Positions 45,601 through 57,218 of a stretch of DNA of 64,000 nucleotides are shown here, in pieces; the stretch's first letter is position 1; the number at the start of each line of letters is the position of its first letter. The DNA lies in the IMG/VR virus record IMGVR_UViG_3300021400_001615, positions 64,001-128,000 of that record; one strand, written 5' to 3'. A model generated the notes under the pieces. It worked only from the letters and a program-made list of their open reading frames with translations. It was not told the DNA's origin and made no database searches. The translations under genes and the position numbers were made by a program. Source of the DNA: a virus (Duplodnaviria > Caudoviricetes).

Positions 45601-48262
45601 TGAAGTGAAACGACGAGTTGAGAGTAAAAATAATAATATACTATTAAATCTCGAAGACTATATTAATACAAAAACAAAGAATCTTAGAGTAATATGTGGA
45701 ACTTGTCACGAAGAATTCATCACATCTCTTTCGTCCATGGATAATAGCGAAGGTCGTTGCTCAAAATGTGGATTAGAAAAATCATTTGAATATCATGATA
45801 ACAGGAAAATTATTTATTATAATAAGTTTGCTGAAATGTGTGATGAATCCGGATATACTCTCCTCTCTTCGTTTGAAGAATATAAAAATTGTTTTTCTAA
45901 ACTTAGATTTGTATGTCCAAAACATGGTGAGCAATCGGTGAACTATGTAAAATTTTATAGTGGTCAGAGGTGTCCATAGTGTGGTATAGAAAGTTCCCAT
46001 TTATCATCAATGTTGACTTAGGATGAAGTTGAAACAAGAATTAATTCCATAAATGACAATGTATTGTTAAATAAAGAAGATTATTGTGGCAATAGTATTG
46101 TTAATTTAAGGATACAATGCTCTTGCGGAAATGTTTATGTAACGAGTCTTGCTAATTATGAAAATCAAAGTGTAAATCGTTGTCCTCAATGTATAAAATC
46201 CATAAGCAAGGGCGAATTTAAAATCGCATCGGTATTAGATAAATACAAAATTCCCTATATACGTGAGTATAGATTTTTGGATTGTAAAGATAAAAGGCCA
46301 TTACCATTTGATTTTTATATAGAAGATTTTAATTGCATTATTGAATTCGATGGAATTTAGCATTTTGAACCCGTTTATGGACAAGAGCAGTTTGATTATA
46401 TTCTACGACATGATAATATTAAGAATAATTATTGTCATCAGAATAATATTAGAATTATTCGTATACCTTATTGGGATTATGATGCCATCGAAGATATAAT
46501 AACGCATGAGTTTAATATTAATAAAATAAAATATATTACTTATCCAATTAAATAATATAACTTTTCAAATAAAGTAGAAGATATAGTCCCCTCTCATGCG
46601 AAAGCATGAGCAGTGTGTAAAACACGGCATAGTGTAGCGAACTATGTGAAGATTTAGGATTACGATTATGACAAATCGATAAAAGATTCCAACAAAGACA
46701 TTACCAGTATCCAAGCACAGATTAATTCTCTGTAGAATGCAACTGACCAAGCATCTCGTGCTAAGTTGGTAAAACTTCAGCAACAGCTTAAAGATGCTCA
46801 GGATCAACAAGCAGATACTATGTACAATCATCAGATTGATGTCAGATAGGAAGGTTACGACAAATTAGCTGAGGATTCTACAAATGTACTGAATGATACA
46901 CTTAAGAAAATTGATGCTGACGAAGAAACCAGAAACGGTATAATTAAGTATCAACTTCAACAACTTGACGGCAATGAATAGAAAGCTCTGGAGGCGTTGA
47001 AATAGCAACAGCTTTCGTCTGGATTGGCGGTTCAAGGTGAGGTTTCTAAGTTTATTACCGATTACGACACCAAAGATGCGCAAAATAAAAATTGGCAAGA
47101 ACAAGTATCTGATGAGGCTAAAAATTTAAATACGTCAACTATCGAAACGCTTACACAAGAGGGTAAGAAAATTCAGGATGCAATTGATACGGATATAAAT
47201 ACTAGCTTAAAGGATATTGCTGGATCTGGCGACACTGGCATAGCTGGTATAAATACGAAGCTTGCCGGTATTTAGGCTGAGTTAGAAAAAAAGGATGGTA
47301 AATCTGGTTCTGATTCTAACAAGAAGACAGAATTAACTCCAGAACAATAGAAGGAACAGAATTGGGAGAACCTAAAGGGTCAATTAATAGCTCTTGGTAA
47401 TAAAAACGGTATAAGATATGAATTCGACGATAAAAATAAAACATACAGGGAATTCAAAAAAGAAAAAATTGGTACCCGTATGGAAAATGGCAAAATGGTC
47501 GATGTCTATGATTATGTAGATATGGGCAAAGGTGATATTGGCACAGCCGAAAAAAAGACAGTAAAAGCATCTGATAAGGCAGAAACTAAAAAAGAGGTTA
47601 AAAAAGTAAATAAGGATGTAAAGAAATAGAAAAATGATTAGGCAACAATAGCTAAAATCGCCACCTATTTGGCCAACAAAAATCTTAAGTCGAAAAATGG
47701 TAAGGTCACAGATAAATCCAAAAAGGAAGTATCCGATTCCATATATACTGCAATAGCAAAGATTCTTGATGTCAAAAACAAGAAGAAAACGATAAAAGCA
47801 GAATTAAAGAGGCTTGGATACCGCAAAGGTTCTCATTCTACCGATGACGAAATGAACTGGCTGCATGACTCCGAGGTAATTATTCGCAAATCTGATGGTG
47901 CGATCCTTCAACCGTTTAATTCCGGTGATATGGTATTCAATTCTAAGATGAGCGAAAATCTCTGGAAGATGGCGCAGATTCCAACAGAAACGGTTAAAGC
48001 AATGGTAGCGAACCCAGACATGAGTAAGTTCAACATGCCTGGTATTACTGATAGAATTAATAAGACAGAAAATAACAATCAGCAGATTCATATTGATTCT
48101 CTCATCACTATCAATGGCAATGCTGATCAGCAGACGGTTGCTGACATTAAACAGATTGCAAGAGAACTTACTAACAGCAGAGACTTTCAAAAGAATATGA
48201 CAAATATGGTAACTAAAGAGATGACTCGTGAGGCTGTTAAAGCTGGATATCGAGGTAAATAA
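30602..48262 (+). CDS. Giant tape measure protein, about 5280 aa, 2 exons (30602-44843, 46659-48262), many TAG
   Basis: About 20 ORF-track fragments share one frame and are separated by TAG; ELDTALTEMRKVSDE, LNLIGNNFAIST, AGKNRSNIVASIL*N, LVGEEGYE; spliced KKA/YYDYDKSIK; start +/-12 nt; gaps spot-checked, not exhaustively translated. Confidence 0.85.
31337..31432 (+). repeat. Gly-Thr/Ser linker in tape measure
   Basis: GGGTGTGTGSGTGSGDGSGTGSGTGGGTGAGS. Confidence 0.85.
44844..46658 (+). mobile_element. Group I intron with endonuclease ORF, in tape measure gene
   Basis: P1 AAGCGT/GCGCTT with U.G; AATTGCTGAAA, AATCAGCAGCCAAG, GTTCAGAGACTA, GAAGATATAGTCC; ends G. Confidence 0.9.
45089..46555 (+). 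CDS. Intron-encoded Zn-repeat + EDxHD/Vsr(DUF559)-like endonuclease, 488 aa, 3 TAG
   Basis: Repeated CPxHG/CxxC; SKGE, LPFDFY, IEFDGI*HF, HDNIKNNYC, IRIPYW; TAG at 45977, 46019, 46358. Confidence 0.88.
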
Positions 48263-48272
48263 TATTTTTTTA

Positions 48273-48306
48273 GAGGGGTGCGTGTAACAGCGCACTCTTC
48301 TATTTT
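48273..48306 (+). terminator. Stem-loop/terminator after tape measure
   Basis: GAGGGGTGCG-tgtaacag-CGCACTCTTC-TATTTT. Confidence 0.55.
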
Positions 48307-48329
48307 GTAAAGAAAGGAGGTGTTGGAGA

Positions 48330-49304
48330 ATGAGTGTCCATTACTTCGTATATGACGGAATATCTTCCGAAGACTTAAGTATTAATCCATACGAAAAAAT
48401 GGAACTTGCATTCGGATATTTCAATGCATCGGAAGTACCTCTCAATATGGAGAGAACTCAAATTGCTGGTTAGATAAATAGACACAGGCTGAGAAATCGT
48501 GCAATGGGCGCACAGTGGTCGAATGTATTAGTGTTTGATATCAGTATTATTAAATCGCCGTGTTATCATGCCAACGAGGATCTTATATTTACTGAGGACG
48601 AGGTGGATTACATTAACAAATGGTTAACTTCACCGGAGTATCCCACTCTGCTTCATATTTACGAAGCCGATGAAGATTTTTATCTGGATGATCCTATTAC
48701 ATATTCTAACTTGTTATATATGAAATATGATTATCACGGAATATTCACTAATGTAACGCCAATGTATGTTTCTGGGTAGATTGTCGGTCTTACTGCCACG
48801 TTTACGACAAATTCGCCGTTTGCGTGGACTGATGAAATTACCCATTCGTTTTCATGTCGTGGAACTACAGATATTTCTATTGATGTCAATAGTTCAGAAA
48901 AATACGGGGATATATATCCTCTGATTAAGGTAACTGGAATTAATGTCGATGCGGAATCTTCTTCCAGAGAAAGAATTAAAATAACAAATCAAAAGGATCT
49001 TGCGGTAGATATTTATTACGATCAATCAAATGGATATGAAACTACTTCTACCCCTCGTTCTCTTACATTGCAAGTACCACATACAGATATTTATATAGAT
49101 TGTGATAAGGCACGAATTTATGACATTATCAGTATACAGGCGCAAGGTTATCATCGCATTCTTGACTGGGACGATCTTGGTCTTACGGATGTGTCATATA
49201 TTTATTGGCCAAGACTATTTAATGGTGAAAACCAGTGGACTGTTGAGGGCGATTGTGATCTGGAAATTACATACCGTGAACCGAGGAAGGTGGGTGCATA
49301 TTAA
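48330..49304 (+). CDS. Distal tail protein, 2 TAG
   Basis: FVYDGISSED, INKWLTSPEYP, FTTNSPFAW, YWPRLFNGEN, YREPRKVG; follows tape measure. Confidence 0.8.
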
Positions 49305-52300
49305 TGGCAATCTACAAAGCCTTGGATAAGATGAAATTTGATTATACGAATATTCCGGCAAGTGTTCCATATCAGCGCATTAATGCTACTGAAATTTATC
49401 TGGCAAAGCCGGGAAAACGTATTATTGGTAATTTAAATGGTATTGATGAGGAGTCTTGCCATCTTGAGATAAATTTTTAGAACACATCTGTTCTGGAATT
49501 TACCGTTAATAGAATTATTGATGGCGAAATTTCGAACCATTATGATCTCATCTCTCAGCACTATGAACTTTATGTGAAGGGATTTGGCTGGTTCAAGATA
49601 AATGAAGAGCCTCAAGTTGATAATGATGGAACGAGTGAGACCAAGAGCGTCCGAGCCGAATCATTAGAAATCGAACTTCAGCAGTATGATCTGGTGTTGT
49701 TTGATATTAACACAGGTGAAAACTGGTCTAAGGAAATGATGGCTCCGGATAATACCTATACATATGTCGATGATTATAAACTTCAGTATGATAATGTCAA
49801 GTTCTACCGAGATCTGACGGATTGGGATAACCTTATAGCGCAATTCCCAGATGATGGTACTGAAGCAGATCTGATGAATTATGTTAGGGATGGTCAGCAT
49901 AATTTCCTGCTTGACTCGTGGCGTTTCAAGCTTGATCTTGATGAATTTGAAAATGGGGTCAATAAAGCAGCTGAGGAATACACGAAAGGTGGACTCAAGG
50001 ATGCTGCCAAGAGCATTATCACTCGTTGGGAAATGAGTAAGACGCAAGGAAACGCATTCAATATGTTGATCGCATATCCTCAGATTAAACAATATGTAAA
50101 TTACATTGGTGTTGACACTACTTACACTGATGAAAATGGAGACGAACAGACTGTTACTATCAAGGAGATCTTGATTAGGGAAAGGAACAGATTCCACGCT
50201 CTCTCATTCCTCGATCTCGTACTTGAGGGTACTGGTTGGAAACCCGGTTATATTGATCCTAATTATAATGCTCAGTCCGAAGATCCCGCCGAAAAAGAAA
50301 AACTTGCCGACAGGGTTGGTTATTTCCAAGTGGATTCTTAGGACGTTTATAGTTTTCTGACGCAGGAAGCTGCACCCTACTACCGCTGTATCTTTGATTT
50401 TGATACAGAGACATGTACTGTCAATGCTTACAAGATGGAAACGGTTGGTAAGGACACGAATATCTTCCTGAGTTTTCATAATATATAGAATTCGGTAACT
50501 AAAAGTTCTGATCGCCAATTCCACACGGTATACCATGTTGCCAATGGTACGGGTGATGACAGTATTGACATTCGACAAGCTAACTTTGGTTGGGATTCAA
50601 TTGAGGATCTTTCTTTCTTTATGAATCGGAAACATTTCCCGCAGTCTTTCATTGATCATTACAATGAATGGCTAGAATATAAGGAAGGTCACCGCCAGGA
50701 ATACATGGATCTTGCTGTTGAATGGCGTGACGCTAATGATGTGATGAGTGAGATTTATAACCGTGTTCCGGTTGATAGTGCGAAAGGTACACAGTACTCC
50801 TCTTTCACTGTTACTGAACTTGAAGCTGAAAGGGCAAACTGTCTCGCACAGCTTCGTGGCTATCAGGCTATGCACGTTGACGATGAGAATAAGTTTGATC
50901 TAAATGATCTGATGAATTCCCGGGACTGGGGACCATATCATACAATTGATACAGTTGTCCTCAGTACTCCTCATGATACTATCAATGTGGATGACGACAG
51001 CCAGCCAAAGACAGAGAATGCTCTCTGGGTAATGAACAATGATGCTACTGTTGGTAAGCTAATCAACGATCTGTATGATTTGAAAACCCAGATTGATAAA
51101 GAGAATGAGGAACTGGAACAGTTGTTGTTTGAGATTGATGTACTGGAACATGATACTATCCCATTCCTTCAGTAGAAGTTCAATGAGGCGAAAGCGGCTT
51201 CAGATGCAGATCCTGATAATCAAGATAAAAAGGCTGCTATGACTACTGCACAGAACGATCTTAAATCTGCGCAAGACAGACTGGCATCCAAGCGTACACA
51301 GGTAAGTCCGAAGCAAAACAGTATTTCCTCTAAGGAATCTGAAATAAGATCTAAGGAACCTACCATTGAAACGCATTATAAGAATAATAAATATGAAGGT
51401 ATTATTGACGAAGACACCATCAAAACTGTTTTGATGTACTGCCTGTATGATAATAAGCTGGGAACGATTGATACTGAATTATTCAACCGTTGGTTAGTTA
51501 ACATAAAGTCTATAGGTGATACCATAATAAAACGTGAATTTGATGATGACTATTTGTACGACTTCGCTGTTTATGGCCCCGCATACGGCCTTAAAGAACT
51601 TGAGACGCAACTTAAATCGCTTGAGGATAAAGTTTAGACGGAAAAGTAGTATGCGTCCAAATCTGGGCAATCTGACGAGTACCATAAAAAGCACAAGGAT
51701 CTGTATGAAAAATATCTGGATGCTTATAATGAGTGTAAAACCGTATATGATACCAGAAAGGCTGAATATGAGGCTGCCGAGGCTGAGGTTAAGAGAATAT
51801 CTGACGAGATGACGGCTTTGGCCAAGTCTGTTCAGTTGGAGAACTTCGTCGATAGTAAAGGTGTTAAATTTACCGAGAAGGAGTTAGAACTTCTTAAGAA
51901 ATATTATATTCACACAGATTATGTAAATGACAACATTGTCATTACAGAAATGTTTACAAATAAATAGATCGTGGATGCTGAGTATGATTTGATTAAGGAT
52001 GCTTATGAGGAATTATACGCAGACTCTCATCCACAGTGGAGCTTTCAGACAACGCAGGATAATCTCCTGCTGATGCCCGAACTCCAGGATTGGCATGGTG
52101 AACTTGAGGTTGGTAATTTCATCCGTGTTGGATTTCGTGATGATGATCCGTATTACATTTTTAGTAGCAATGAAGATAATCAGGTGAAACTCAGACTGAT
52201 TACAATTGGATTCAATCCATTTATGATTGAGCCGACCATTGATCTCACGTTTTCAAATATGATTCAGTATAAATCTAAGAGGAACGACTTTGTTGAGATT

Positions 52301-55300
52301 ATTGGCAGTGCTTCTGGAAGTAGCGGCAAGAATTAGATTACTGCAACTTATAATAGTTAGAGTAATGCTACTACTAATGTGACCACAGATTTCATCATGC
52401 AGTTATTAAACAGCACAACATTCAATAATGGAATGGCAAACAATATTGCAGCCGGAATTGTTGGTGGTGGTGTTATTACTGATGCTCTCAACAGCATGGA
52501 TCTGTCGGTTGATCAGATTTCGGATTTGACAACCAGGCTGAGTGATCTTGCTGATGGATATCTGGATGCCAATCTGATTGTTACTAAAATACTGAATGCT
52601 GAAGAAGCAAATATTCAGAGACTTATTACTAAGACGGTCAATGCTCAGTCTGTAATTGCCGGATTAGTAGATGCAGACTACGGTGATTTTGATAATCTCC
52701 ATGCCGACTCTGCATTTATTGAAAAGTTCAAAAGTGATTATATCAATACTGCCTATATCGAGAGTGAGGTTGCTGATCTTGATGTTGTTCATTCTCAGAT
52801 AATTACTGCTGATAGTGCGTTCGTAAAAAGTCTTGAGGCACTTTCAACAAATGTGATTAATTCTACTGTTAACTCAGAATTTGTTGTCAATTTAGTTGCC
52901 AATCATCTCACCGCAAATCAGCTTGCTGCCGGTGATTTGGTTCTTACTGATGGCATGAGGATTGTATCTAATAATGAGAACGGAGGCAATGTATTATTCA
53001 ATGGCTCCACTCTCCAGTTTTTAGATAGTGAGGGAAATGTTGGCATTCAAATTGGATACAATACAGAGTAGGATGCTACTCATCCGCATATTGTTATTAC
53101 GGATGATAATGGTTCGACTATTCTGACAAGTTCTGGTATTACTACTAATGCTGTTGCCGATTAGTTATTGGTCAACCGGATGTTTAAAGATAGTACAATT
53201 GAGAAGACAAAAATAAACTTCCCGATTTTTTAGCCCAATGATTATGGTGGCACTGATATTTATATACCACATGATCCAGAATCCGGTCAGGCTGGTCATG
53301 AGTATGTCAGCTTTATTAATGATTATCTTGGGGTTTCTCCGTATGTTGAATTAGACTAGCACAATATTGTTGTAACAGATCCGAATAATATTGTTCTTAC
53401 TGCTACTACACATTTTGGCGCAGTCATTGATAGATGGGAAATAGATGCTCTTGGATATCATAACTCTGTGGAGACAACTTCTACTACATATACAGTAGAT
53501 CCGGAAATTATTAATGATTATATGTATGTTAGGGTTAGGGTTGTGTGCAAAAATGGATTAAGTGCTGATATAAGTGATACTGCTTTTATTACGCTGAATA
53601 CTAGCGATAATTCTGTACGACAATATACGGAATACTGTCTGTATGATTCAAGTACTACAATTGATACATCTCAGGTAACTTGGTCAAAAGAAAGACCAGA
53701 CCCAGACAGAAGCAATATAGATTCAATCGAAGATATTAATAATAACTTTATCTGGCAAAGGGATGTAATTGAGGAATACGAAGAAGTTTCCTCTAATGAT
53801 AACGAGCAAACTACAGAGAGAATAATTTATCGCATTGAATTTGATCCGGTATGTTTTGTCGAGATTACAACAATGCAGTTTATTATGGATAAAGCAAAAA
53901 GGTCCATTCTTAGCAGATTAGCTGATCAAACTACTGCTACTATAAATGATTCAATTACCAGATTGACAACACGAGAAAGTGTTATGGAATAGACACTGGA
54001 TGGTGTTAAGAGTGCTGTATCTCGTAGTGATGTTGATTATATTACTCTCCCAGATGGGACTCAAATTCAGACAGTTGCTAAGTCCGTCAACACTGTTGCA
54101 GAACAGACTGCGGATACGTTTAGTTGGATAATCCAAAGAGAAAGAGACGACGAAGTGATGAGCAAAACGAATTTTGTTCTTACTCCAGACATGGCAAGTT
54201 TAGTCTCTAATCAATTGGTTATCACTGATCCAGATAATGATACATCCACTGTTATCTCAGGTGGTAAAATAAATGCAAATTCCATCACTACTAATATGTT
54301 AACGTCAGACATTATTAAATCTTATGATTTTCTAAAGAGATCATCTTTGCAGGAAAATTAGCAATTTTCTCTCATCGGTTCTTTCTTAGACTTAGAAAAT
54401 GGTAATTTTATAACTCCGTTTTTCGGTGTTATTAATGAAGCACCGGAGGGTTCGGGATTGACAGTCGGTGCTTATTTTGACGGTAACATTCACAGTATAA
54501 CTGGTGAAATTGGTGGTTGGAATATTGTAAAAAATGCAATTTACAGCAATCAAGATAATAATTATATTTCTTTGCGTAACCCATTTATTCCGGTAGTTAG
54601 AAAAGATTTTTCTGGCTATATTGCATCAACTTCTGGATGTGCTACTCGTATTACCAATCAAGGACTTGTAGTGACTATTACTGATAATACAAATCCAAGT
54701 TTGAGACTTGTGTTTAATAGCACTAACATAGATGGTTTTTCAGATACGTCTGGACTTAAATTTAAAATAAGTGGAGTTAAGGATCTTAATGCTGCATCAG
54801 ATTATAACTATTATAAAGATGGAACAAATGTCCATGTTTCTGTTAACCCTCTAAATGAGGATAATGAGAATACGGCCATTTGCGGTTCTCCTAATCGTAT
54901 TACTTTTGTTGAATATGATTCTGTAGAAACTGGAATAAGTATATTTTTCAAAACTCATTATCATACGCCTTTATTAAATGATGAATATATATTAAACGTT
55001 GTAGTATATGATGCTCATGGCGAAGAAATGCTTAATTTTAAGAATGATGTTTACATTGAAGATGAACTTACTATAGGTACTAATCATGTATTAACTGTTA
55101 CAACTCAAGTTGATGATGAAGCTACTACTCCATTCTATCTTACTAGCGATGGTTATCTCTATGCTCAGAATGCCAATATTAAAGGAAGCATTATAGCCGA
55201 CACTGGATATATTGGTGGAACAAATGGATGGGTAATCGAAGAAAGTAAAATTAAGAGCAACGTTGCTGCCAATCAGCCCGGGTTTGCTATGTTGTCAACG

Positions 55301-56767
55301 AGTGATTTTACTCATGCTATTAATGGTGTTCAACGTACTGGATTAAGGTTTGCCATAGGTTAGAAATTTGGTGTTGCTAATGATGGCACCGTATATGCTT
55401 CTGGCTCAATAAACGCAAGTGAATTGAATATATATAATGGCAGTAACACATATAATTTGTTAAATTATATTAAAGTAGATTCTGATGGATTAAAGATTAT
55501 ACATGATAATAATGTTGTTGCCACATATGGCTCAAATACCATTCTTGGTTCTGCTACTAATAATATAACGTTAACAGATAATTTTATAAATTTGAAGACT
55601 GATGGAATTGAAGTTGGCTACATTGCTCGTGGATATTTTTCCAAAGCGCCAAGTTAGTATGGTGTTACACTCAATTTGAATTACGGAGCGGAAGATGGCA
55701 AGATACCCGCATACGTTGGCCTTGTTGCCAGAACTGCCGATGATACAAACGAGATGCGATGGGTTTATGTATAGCCGAATGCTTCAATACCAGATTATAC
55801 TTCAGGTGCATTAAATGCCGGTGCAAATGTAGATATGAATAATTTTGATATTTCAGATGTTGGAAGTATATATGCGACTAATATATATGCGACTAATATT
55901 TATCCTGGGCAAAACACTCAAAAATATATAGGTTATAATGAAAATGGATCTATTATATGTACTGGTCCATTAATGGCAAATACAAGCGTACATTAGGAAA
56001 ACGTTGCATTTTATGCTGGTGGGAATATGGCTTGTAGTGGTTATCTATTTGTTGGCAATGTAAATCATGCAAGTAGCGGACATTATAAGCTTGATGTGAA
56101 CGGCAATAGTTATATATCTGGTATTCTCGAAGTATCTGAAAGCATTTCATTACATGGAGATATAATTATTAATAGAGGCAATGGTAGATTAAGTCTCAAT
56201 AATAATGACATTACGATAACTTCATTTACAGCATCCATGAAGCTTCATGCTATAGCTAGTGCTAATGATGATCCATCATTAACTCCAGGGGCAAATGGAA
56301 CATATTTATTGGGTGTAAATAGTGCTAAATGGAAAGCGGTTTATGCTACTAATGGAACAATTAATACATCCGACGAGAAAGAAAAGGATATTTATGGTGG
56401 AATAGAATACGCTAATGACCTCATTATGCAACTAGAACCTATTGAATATATGTGGAAATCCGGTCATCACAGAAGATATAGAATGGGATTTAGCGCACAA
56501 AAAACGGCCAAGCTATGCCAAGACTTAGGGAAAAATCTTGCCTTGGTAACTGCATCATATAAACCGGAAAATAATGAAATTGAAAATAAAAAAGAATACT
56601 TCGGTGAGGATGTAGACGATGAACTTTTGTCGTGGGGTATGTCTCGTGATGAATTAATAGCACCAATGGTAAAAGTTCTTCAATTATAGGACAAACGTAT
56701 TACTCAACTTGAAAATGAAATTTAGGATTTAAAGGAGAAATTAAATTATGAAATTACAAAACATTAA
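49304..56767 (+). CDS. Tail tip/fibre protein, about 2490 aa, C-terminal intramolecular chaperone (peptidase S74), many TAG
   Basis: All fragments in one frame; YLAKPGK, LEVGNFIRV; C-terminal TSDEKEKDI...LEPIEYMWK...GFSAQ...LIAPMVK. Confidence 0.8.
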
Positions 56768-57155
56768 TCTTATTAACTATAACACAACTCTTTCAAAATA
56801 TGCTGACAAGCGACTTCCGCAGAAAATCAGCTACGCCATTACTAAAAATATGATCGTGATTAGTAATGAACTTGAAACATATCAACAGGCACTGAAAAAG
56901 ATTCTTTCTAACTATGAGGAATATCAGGTTAAGAACGAAAAGGGTGAGGTTGAAAATCTCCCGATTGGTATTCCAAAAGTGGACGAAGAACACCTCCAGG
57001 ATTATCTGGGCGAGATCAACGATCTGCTCAATGTTGAGACTGAGGTGAATCTGCACACTATCCCAGAGGAAGCTTTTGATTATCCGGATAACGACAGATA
57101 TGATGCTATGACTGCTACGGATATCTTGACACTTCAGCAAATCCTGTGTGCATAA
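56748..57155 (+). CDS. Hypothetical tail-region protein
   Basis: RBS AAAGGAG; LPQKISYAITKN. Confidence 0.7.
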   Translation: MKLQNINLINYNTTLSKYADKRLPQKISYAITKNMIVISNELETYQQALKKILSNYEEYQVKNEKGEVENLPIGIPKVDEEHLQDYLGEINDLLNVETEVNLHTIPEEAFDYPDNDRYDAMTATDILTLQQILCA

Positions 57156-57167
57156 TAACTCGATGAC

Positions 57168-57198
57168 GGCGGTATCACTTCGGTGATACTGCTCTTTT
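57168..57198 (+). terminator. Intrinsic terminator
   Basis: GCGGTATCAC-TTCG-GTGATACTGC-TCTTTT. Confidence 0.75.
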
Positions 57199-57218
57199 AT
57201 TCGAAAGGAAAATAAGGT

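Noticed and set aside
44844-46658. Tape measure-endonuclease fusion or intein (insert is a multiple of 3 and the nuclease shares the frame)
   Set aside because: TAA at 44849 and 46553 bound the ORFs, and full group I core motifs are present.
7308-56767. Decayed prophage with pseudogenes
   Set aside because: Interruptions are all in-frame TAG at Gln-like sites, with no frameshifts or TAA/TGA except at intron borders.
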